A stretch of DNA of 64,000 nt, taken from positions 144,008 through 208,007 of the forward strand of contig JBPCMQ010000060.1 of NCBI GenBank assembly GCA_051002135.1. Reading direction: 5' to 3'. This document shows positions 57,671 to 64,000 of the stretch, piece by piece. The notes under the pieces are model-generated. The model did no database searches, was not told where the DNA came from, and saw only the letters and a list, made by a program, of their open reading frames with translations. Numbering within the stretch: the stretch's first letter is position 1; the number at the start of each line of letters is the position of its first letter. The DNA comes from Chloroflexota bacterium. Its GTDB lineage: Bacteria; Chloroflexota; UBA5177. A program made the translations under genes and the position numbers.

Positions 57671-59551
57671 CTATACGTACGAGCTCGCCGCCTGCGCGAT
57701 CCCCATGAGATCGTCGAAGGCGAGTCCCTCGATGGTCTCCTCGCTGATCAGCTTCTCGGACACAGTGATGAGCTTGTCCTTGTGCTTGATGAGCAGCTCG
57801 CGGGCCGTGTTGTACGCGGCGTTGATGAGGTTGCGGACCTCGCTGTCGATCTCTTGGGCGACGGCTTCACTGTAGTTGCGCTGCTCCCCGATCTCCCGGC
57901 CCAGAAAGACCAGCTCATCCTTCTTCCCGAAGGCCACCGGGCCAATCTTGTCGCTCATGCCGTACTGGGTGATCATCTGCCGCGCAAGTCCGGTTGCGCG
58001 CTCGATGTCGTTCGAGGCACCCGTCGTCACATCGCCGAAAATGAGCTGCTCGGCGGCGTGCCCTCCCAGGCTCCACGCGAGCGTCTCTTCAAACTGCTTC
58101 TTCGAGTAGAGATACCGATCCTCGGTGGGCAGGAGACGCGTGTAGCCGCCGGCCAATCCTCGCGCCACGATCGTGATCTTGTGAACGGGATCGAGATTGG
58201 GCAACATGCGTGCCACGAGGGCGTGGCCCACCTCGTGATACGCGGTGATGGCCTTCTCCTTGGGACTAATGATCCTGCTCTTGCGCTCCGGGCCCGAGAT
58301 GACGCGGTCGATGGCCTCCTCGAGCTCGGACATCCCGATCGCCTTCTTGTTGCGGCGCGCGGCGAGGATTGCTCCCTCGTTGAGGAGGTTAGCGAGATCG
58401 GCGCCGCTGAATCCTGGCGTTTGCTTGGCGAGTGTCTGAATATTGACACTTTTCTCGAAAGGCTTCCCTCGCGCGTGCACCTCCAGAACCTGAATGCGGC
58501 CCCGGATGTCCGGATTGTCCAGGACAACCTGACGATCAAATCGTCCCGGCCGCAGCAGTGCGGGGTCGAGCACGTCCGGACGGTTGGTTGCGGCAATGAC
58601 GATGACGTTCGTGTTGGTGTCGAAGCCGTCCATCTCCACAAGAATCTGGTTCAAGGTCTGCTCGCGTTCGTCGTGGCTGCCACCAAGGCCGGCCCCGCGC
58701 TGCCGGCCCACGGCATCGATCTCGTCGACGAAGACAATGCAGGGGGCGTTGCGCTTTGCCTGATCGAACAGGTCCCGGACGCGACTGGCGCCAACGCCCA
58801 CGAACATCTCCACAAACTCGGAACCGCTGATGGAGAAGAATGGCACGCCGGCCTCACCCGCAACCGCGCGCGACAGCAGGGTCTTCCCTGTGCCCGGGGG
58901 CCCGACCAGAAGCACGCCTCGCGGAATCCGTGCCCCCAACGCCGCGAACTTGTCAGGATACTTGAGGAACTCGACCACCTCCGCCAGCTCCTGCTTGGCC
59001 TCTTCGACACCGGCAACGTCCGCGAATGTGATGGTCGGACGATTCCCCGCGAACATGCGGGCTCGACTCTTGCCAAATGACAGCGCCTGATTGTTGCTGC
59101 CCTGCGCCTGACGCATCATGAAAAACAGAAGCGCGCCAAAGATGAGCAGCGGTAGGAAGCTGACGATCGTCGTGATCCAATTTCCCAGCTGACTGGGCTT
59201 GCTGTAGTTGATTGCCACGTACTTCTGGAAGCTCGCGCCGCCCAGCGGAACGCCGTTGTTCTTGAGGAAAGTGGTCACGTCCACGATGTTCGTGAAGTTG
59301 GCCTGATACTTCGTGGTGTCGGCTCCGTTGTTGGCCTGGAGAGATAGGCTGTCGCTGTCCTCGGTCAACGTCGCGTAGGTGCCATTACCCACATCCGCGT
59401 TCAGTCTGGACACCAAGCTGTTGGTCCCTCCGGTGAGCGGTACAGTCTTGGTCTGCGAGCTATTGGACTTGAAGAGCTGAAATGCGATGGCCAGAACGAA
59501 GACCATGATTATCAGCCAGATGAAGCTATTGCGAAACCACCGTGCATCCAT
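57671..59551 (-). CDS. ftsH: ATP-dependent zinc metalloprotease FtsH
   Basis: Two N-terminal TM helices are present. AAA motifs [15 protein letters not shown] and [10 protein letters not shown] are present, with the HEVGHAL zinc site. Confidence 0.95.
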   Translation of the reverse strand: MDARWFRNSFIWLIIMVFVLAIAFQLFKSNSSQTKTVPLTGGTNSLVSRLNADVGNGTYATLTEDSDSLSLQANNGADTTKYQANFTNIVDVTTFLKNNGVPLGGASFQKYVAINYSKPSQLGNWITTIVSFLPLLIFGALLFFMMRQAQGSNNQALSFGKSRARMFAGNRPTITFADVAGVEEAKQELAEVVEFLKYPDKFAALGARIPRGVLLVGPPGTGKTLLSRAVAGEAGVPFFSISGSEFVEMFVGVGASRVRDLFDQAKRNAPCIVFVDEIDAVGRQRGAGLGGSHDEREQTLNQILVEMDGFDTNTNVIVIAATNRPDVLDPALLRPGRFDRQVVLDNPDIRGRIQVLEVHARGKPFEKSVNIQTLAKQTPGFSGADLANLLNEGAILAARRNKKAIGMSELEEAIDRVISGPERKSRIISPKEKAITAYHEVGHALVARMLPNLDPVHKITIVARGLAGGYTRLLPTEDRYLYSKKQFEETLAWSLGGHAAEQLIFGDVTTGASNDIERATGLARQMITQYGMSDKIGPVAFGKKDELVFLGREIGEQRNYSEAVAQEIDSEVRNLINAAYNTARELLIKHKDKLITVSEKLISEETIEGLAFDDLMGIAQAASSYV

Positions 59552-59632
59552 CGAGTGCGGTACTCCAAACTAGAACCGCGGCAAGCGACGACGGCTCCGT
59601 GTCGCGCGCGGGCTCAGGAATTCTATCACGCG

Positions 59633-61051
59633 TCAAGCGGATGTGGGCACGCAGCGCACGTGCGCGACGGCGCGGGTATCCGACCTGACCGAGACCCGCT
59701 CGTCCATCGCGATGCCGGGCAGCCAGACGATGTGCCGCTCATTCTCGACAACCAGCACGCGGTCTCGCTCGGTTCGGGGAATGCGTCGATCGATCAGAAT
59801 GTCTTTGACCTTGCGCGTCCCTCCGAGTCCCAGCGGTCGCATGCGATCTCCGGGCTGCCGAGACCGAACGCGGAGGGGACTTCCGAGTGCCTGCGCGTCG
59901 GCAAGCAGATGCAGCGGGCCGCAGACCGAGATCATGCGGCCGATAAGCTCGACGTCCGCACTCGGCAACACGCTTGCGACGAGCCGGCCGGTCGCGACGT
60001 CGACGTTGCCGGGGACTGTCAGATCCGCCTCTCGCAGGACGAAACGCTCAGGCTCGCGAAACGTCAGCTGAAATCGGTCGGCGCGCCGCACCACCCGGAG
60101 GCCGCGGGGAAGCTGCCCCGATGGGTCAGGAACGTCTAAATGACGGATCGCGTGTGCAAGTCGCTCGATGTGGGACTGCTCGACATCGGCGACGTCTCCC
60201 AGAAGTCGCCGGAGCATGTCTCGGAGAAGGTGCCCTTGCAGCGACGGGTCGAGCGAACGCAAAGCACCGGTAGATGCTTCGACGGTTGCGGCTGTTTGCT
60301 TAAAGTCGACGAGAGGCAGGAGGCGCTCCACCTCCTGCTCGATATACGCCATGTCCCTGGACACGAGGCGGGCGGCACGGGCCAGAGAAGCGCGCGCGGC
60401 GTTGTTCTCGCGTTCGAGGACCGGAAGGACATCCAATCGCACCCGGTTGCGCGAGTAACGCCGGTCGACATTGCTGCTATCGGTTCGATATGCCACGTGC
60501 GTTCGCTCGAGCGTATGGACGATGTCGACTCGGGAAACCGTCAGGAAGGGACGCACAACCGCTCCCACCCTTTGACGCATACCTGCTATCCCAACGAGAC
60601 CACTGCCGCGCAAAAGGTGCATGAGAAGCGTCTCGGCCTGATCGTCGAGGGTATGTCCCAGAAGCAGTCGATCGAGGTGGAGCGATTCCGTGATATCGCG
60701 CAGAGCGAGATGACGCAGCTCCCGCGCCGCCGTCTCCCATGAGACGCGCGTCTCCTGCACATGTGCGGCCACATCGACCCGCCGCACATGCAAGGGAAGA
60801 TCCCTCTCAGACGCCAGAACCCGGACGAAGTCCTCATCCTCGTCGGACTCACGCCCCCGCGTCTGATGATTGACGTGAGCGATGTGCAATCGCCAGCCCC
60901 GCTCGTGCGTTCGATTGACTCGGAACACGGTGTCAAGCAAAGCGACGGAATCCGACCCTCCAGAGACCGCGACGAGGAGGGCCGCGGGCGAAGGCAGCGA
61001 CGTCGCGAGTACGGCATCGACGAGTAGATCGTGAGGTGGTACGGTAGTCAT
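59633..61051 (-). CDS. tilS: tRNA(Ile)-lysidine synthetase
   Basis: LLVAVSGGSDSVALL is the PP-loop. It lies upstream of ftsH in the conserved arrangement. Confidence 0.9.
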   Translation of the reverse strand: MTTVPPHDLLVDAVLATSLPSPAALLVAVSGGSDSVALLDTVFRVNRTHERGWRLHIAHVNHQTRGRESDEDEDFVRVLASERDLPLHVRRVDVAAHVQETRVSWETAARELRHLALRDITESLHLDRLLLGHTLDDQAETLLMHLLRGSGLVGIAGMRQRVGAVVRPFLTVSRVDIVHTLERTHVAYRTDSSNVDRRYSRNRVRLDVLPVLERENNAARASLARAARLVSRDMAYIEQEVERLLPLVDFKQTAATVEASTGALRSLDPSLQGHLLRDMLRRLLGDVADVEQSHIERLAHAIRHLDVPDPSGQLPRGLRVVRRADRFQLTFREPERFVLREADLTVPGNVDVATGRLVASVLPSADVELIGRMISVCGPLHLLADAQALGSPLRVRSRQPGDRMRPLGLGGTRKVKDILIDRRIPRTERDRVLVVENERHIVWLPGIAMDERVSVRSDTRAVAHVRCVPTSA

Positions 61052-61238
61052 GATGGAGGATACAGCGGGGGACGACTGGGAACGTCCACGCCGATATGCG
61101 TGCGTGACAGGTCACTCAATTGCGCGAGAAGACCTGGACGCGCTAACGCGAATCGAGCGCTTGGACGCCGGTGCCGAGGTACGTCTATGCCTCGAACACG
61201 GGGCGCCCGTCTCGGAAAGCATGCCGCCGCGCCGGCAT

Positions 61239-61263
61239 CCATAGCCCCGGCCTTCAGGCCGGG
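61239..61263. repeat. REP-like palindromic element, copy 5: CCATAGCCCCGGCCTTCAGGCCGGG
   Basis: It has the same GGCCTTCAGGCC core and lies intergenic upstream of tilS. Confidence 0.55.
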
Positions 61264-61362
61264 TTTGGGTACTTAACGAGCGTGTCATCTCCGCGTTTTG
61301 GGCCGGTCAACCGCGCGAGCTCACCAAGCGGTGTGGGCTACCCGCTCAACATGAAACCCGGC

Positions 61363-61833
61363 CTAAAGGACGGGGCTACGGACGAGACGAATGCGGCCTC
61401 CCGTCCAAACATACGTACGTGTCTGCGGCGAGAGACTGGGGCAGCAAAGCGGATCGCTGGGGCGGAATCTGTCCGATGTGACCGCAAAACCACCGGCGAC
61501 GAGTCGTACGGAGCGAATGTTCACGTACTGGTGACGCCAGACGGGCCGGGAGCGTCCGCCGACAAAGGCGTACACGGCCTGGCAGTGGCCGTCGGCGCTG
61601 CCGCTGCAAACCGCTCGATAGACATAGAGCAGCGAGCCGTCGGCGCCGCGAGCAGTGAGGCGGGCGGCGACGGTATAGCCATCGGCCCGAAGCACGGGAC
61701 TGTTGTCCACGGATTCCTGTCGAGTGCGCACGGAAGCGATGGGCGACCTAGAGCTGATGCTTGCACCGCAGCCGGTGAGGGCCACGCCGACAAATGAGAG
61801 GAAGACCATTCGCTGCACGCGCGCTCCACGCAT
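61363..61833 (-). CDS. Hypothetical lipoprotein
   Basis: MVFLSFVGVALTGC has an LTGC lipobox. Confidence 0.5.
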   Translation of the reverse strand: MRGARVQRMVFLSFVGVALTGCGASISSRSPIASVRTRQESVDNSPVLRADGYTVAARLTARGADGSLLYVYRAVCSGSADGHCQAVYAFVGGRSRPVWRHQYVNIRSVRLVAGGFAVTSDRFRPSDPLCCPSLSPQTRTYVWTGGRIRLVRSPVL

Positions 61834-62414
61834 GCAGTATTATCACCCACGAGCCGGGACGGCTTGCAGGGGTGTCCGGCGGAGAGGAGGTCAGTCACGT
61901 GGTGAATCGTGCGGAGAGGATCCTGCCCACGGACCAGGAGATCGCGGTCGCGCTTGGACCGCGAGTAGAGATGCGTGCTGATCGTGATCAGAGTGCGCCC
62001 AAGGGGGTGGGCGACGTCCTTCGGGACGCCGCCATCGACTCCGCATATCGCCGGTATCGCGGACGTGTGCTTCTCGCGGACGAGGAACGTCCCGTCGCCG
62101 TCGGTGCCCTTGCCCTTCTGTTCGACAGTTCGCAGACCGCCCTTCGCACTTTTTCTCAGGTGGCCGAGGCAGCACACCTGCGCACTCAGATGGGTGACGC
62201 AAGCGTAGCGGTGGAAACTGTGACGTCCCGGGCGGGACTGGTCAGTTATTGGGGATTTCTGCAGACCGGTGACGTCATCATGATTGTGACTCTCGACACG
62301 GTGGATCCGAAAGAGGTGTCGATTACCGATCTGCGGTCGCTACTGACCGCAGCGGCGCACCGACTTGAAGAGCATGGAAAGACACGAGACGGCGACCCCG
62401 GACCGACGCCCTAG
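61794..62414 (+). CDS. Hypothetical protein (weak call, start uncertain)
   Basis: 206-aa ORF with moderate protein-like composition in its C-terminal two-thirds. Confidence 0.3.
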   Translation: MRGRPFAARALHACSIITHEPGRLAGVSGGEEVSHVVNRAERILPTDQEIAVALGPRVEMRADRDQSAPKGVGDVLRDAAIDSAYRRYRGRVLLADEERPVAVGALALLFDSSQTALRTFSQVAEAAHLRTQMGDASVAVETVTSRAGLVSYWGFLQTGDVIMIVTLDTVDPKEVSITDLRSLLTAAAHRLEEHGKTRDGDPGPTP

Positions 62415-62488
62415 CCTCTCTTTTGACCCATTGGGTACACTGGCGGAGGGGTGTCGCGTAGGCAGCTCGCATACTGACACTCGCTTCT

Positions 62489-62565
62489 GCGCCCGTAGCT
62501 CAGCTGGATAGAGCGTTAGGTTGCGGACCTAAAGGTCGGGGGTTCGAATCCCTTCGGGCGTACCA
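62489..62565 (+). tRNA. tRNA-Arg (anticodon reads GCG from the sequence)
   Basis: It folds as a cloverleaf. The acceptor is GCGCCCG/CGGGCGT, the D-arm is GCTC-AGCTGGATA-GAGC, the anticodon arm is TTAGG-TTGCGGA-CCTAA, and the T-arm has a GGGGG stem (two G-U pairs) with TTCGAAT loop. CCA is encoded. It closely resembles E. coli tRNA-Arg(ACG). Confidence 0.9.
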
Positions 62566-62574
62566 GACTCTTCT

Positions 62575-63441
62575 TCACGCCGTCGATTCAGACGCCGTGG
62601 CGTCGAAGGCTCGGTCGATCAGGGGGCGAACCCGCGTTTCGCCGTGTAAGTGATGGCGATCGAGCCTGTTAGGGTCCAGGTCGATTTCGAGATCCGTGCG
62701 AATAGTCACCACCTCAAGGAACAGATTGGCCTGCTTCCGGCCGGCGATGAGGAGCTTCCGGCTCCGCGGCTCAACGAGGTGGAGGCTTTCGTAGATCCGA
62801 TCGAGAGTTCCAAACTCGTTCACCAGCCGGCTCGCCGTCTTCGCCCCGATACCGCTGACCCCAGGGATATTGTCCGACGCGTCACCGGCAAGAGACTTCC
62901 ACGCCGGCACGCCGCCAGCCGTCACCCCCAGCCGCGCACGGACATCTTCGTCATTCTGAAAGCGTTTGAGGGTCGAGTCGGGGGTGACCACGGTGATGCC
63001 TCCACCCACGAGCTGCAGCACATCGCGGTCCGTCGATACCACGTGAGCCGCCGTTTTCCCTCCCTTCGCCCGCTGTGCGAGCGTCCCAAGTATGTCGTCC
63101 GCTTCGAATCCCGGCGCTGTCAGACACGTGATTCCAAGTGCGGGCAGAAGACGTTGCGCGAGATGTATCTGTCGCTCGAAGTCACCGGCTTTCTCTCCAC
63201 CCATCGGCCCTCGTTGCGCCTGATACTCCGGATATAGCCGATGGCGGAATGTCGGGACCTCGGGCGTATCGAATGCCGCCACCAGGTGGCCGGCGCCGGC
63301 TTCCCGTTGCAATCTCAGGAGGAAGCCGAGCATGCCGTAGATCGCGTTGATCGGCTTCTCGTCCGGGCCGAGAATCGAGGACGGCAGACTGCAGAACGAC
63401 CGGAAGAGCAAATTGTACGCGTCGAGAAGATACAGACTCAT
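62575..63441 (-). CDS. 5'-3' exonuclease (FEN/Pol I N-terminal domain family)
   Basis: LYLLDAYNLLFRSF, GFEADDILGTLA and VVSTDRDVLQLV are typical of the 53EXO PIN-like and H3TH domains. Confidence 0.85.
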   Translation of the reverse strand: MSLYLLDAYNLLFRSFCSLPSSILGPDEKPINAIYGMLGFLLRLQREAGAGHLVAAFDTPEVPTFRHRLYPEYQAQRGPMGGEKAGDFERQIHLAQRLLPALGITCLTAPGFEADDILGTLAQRAKGGKTAAHVVSTDRDVLQLVGGGITVVTPDSTLKRFQNDEDVRARLGVTAGGVPAWKSLAGDASDNIPGVSGIGAKTASRLVNEFGTLDRIYESLHLVEPRSRKLLIAGRKQANLFLEVVTIRTDLEIDLDPNRLDRHHLHGETRVRPLIDRAFDATASESTA

Positions 63442-63512
63442 TACGCTGGCCCGCCCAAAGATTGTCTGCCCGCAGCATACAATGGCCTACCACGGCGGAG
63501 GTGAGAAGAGGC

Positions 63513-64000
63513 GTGGAATCTTTGGTCGTCGACACCTCCTGGCTGGCTGACCGTGGTCATGCAGAGGGTATCATCGTTGTGGACGCGCGTCCGCCGCACC
63601 ACTACAGCCGCGGACACCTCCCCGGAGCCATCAACCTTCCGCTCTTCTTGCTTGCTAACCCGGCGGGAGGCATTCCCGAATCGGCAGTCGTCTCTCGTCG
63701 CCTGGGTCAGGTGGGAATCGCGCCGGACAGCTATGTCGTCGCGTACGACGACGGAGAAGGCGCGACGGCCGCTCAACTCCTCTGGTCTCTGTTCTACGTC
63801 GGCCATAGAACGGCAGCGGTTCTCGACGGTGGCGTTGCCCTGTGGGCAACCGAAGGCCGTCCTCTGGACACCGGACGGCGGACTCGCGAACCGGCACAGT
63901 ATGACGCCGGTCAGGTGGACGAGGGCGTGGCGTGCACGATGGACGCGGTGCTATCGTCCCTCGGGGCGCCAGACACGATCGTGGTGGACGTGCGCACGCC
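63513..64000 (+). CDS. Rhodanese-domain sulfurtransferase (partial, runs off the right edge)
   Basis: A GTG at 63513 follows GGAGGTGA. Translation gives WLADRG...VVVDARPPHHYSRGHLPGAINLP, a rhodanese signature. It is not in the ORF track because no stop lies in the window. Confidence 0.6.
   Translation, partial: MESLVVDTSWLADRGHAEGIIVVDARPPHHYSRGHLPGAINLPLFLLANPAGGIPESAVVSRRLGQVGIAPDSYVVAYDDGEGATAAQLLWSLFYVGHRTAAVLDGGVALWATEGRPLDTGRRTREPAQYDAGQVDEGVACTMDAVLSSLGAPDTIVVDVRT

Noticed and set aside
57251-59080. 609-aa + strand ORF
   Set aside because: It lies entirely antisense to ftsH, whose AAA and HEXXH motifs are unmistakable. It is Arg/Pro/Ala-rich and is a typical high-GC antisense ORF.

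Overview
High-GC bacterial chromosomal window, densely coding, mostly on the minus strand. The left ~7 kb carries the most unusual content: a partial casposon-like self-synthesizing element. It comprises a family-B DNA polymerase that runs off the left edge of the window, an HNH zinc-finger nuclease translationally coupled to it, and two HTH proteins around an AT-rich divergent promoter. It also carries a Cas1 (casposase-like) gene with an N-terminal zinc ribbon; there is no cas2 and no CRISPR array in the window. To the right are short direct repeats and a ~2 kb low-coding, possibly decayed region, then a vapBC toxin-antitoxin pair. The rest is core genome: an M20 peptidase; a carotenoid cluster (crtI-crtB) with a divergent Mo-oxidoreductase, GT2 and methyltransferase; rnpB (RNase P RNA); a TlpA thioredoxin; and a 10-gene aromatic amino acid super-operon (DAHP synthase, tyrA, aroA, aroE, aroC, aroK-aroB fusion, aroQ, aroH, trpE, trpG). 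That operon has serial 4-nt start/stop overlaps and is preceded by a 24-aa leader peptide containing consecutive Tyr-Tyr-Trp-Phe codons plus a strong terminator hairpin, which looks like a ribosome-mediated attenuator. Further right are a TetR regulator, a GH63 hydrolase, a REP-like palindromic repeat family (5 intergenic copies, one with a derived 16-bp tandem array), an AlkZ-like glycosylase, PRC-barrel/DUF2382 stress proteins, a malectin-like gene with an internal duplication, a beta-lactamase-family hydrolase, bipA/typA, an AlkP-family enzyme, a PlsC-like acyltransferase, a PLD/cardiolipin synthase-like gene, an MshA-like GT4, a DAG kinase, a TrkA-N protein, a NAPRTase, ftsH, tilS, a tRNA-Arg, a 5'-3' exonuclease and a truncated rhodanese.
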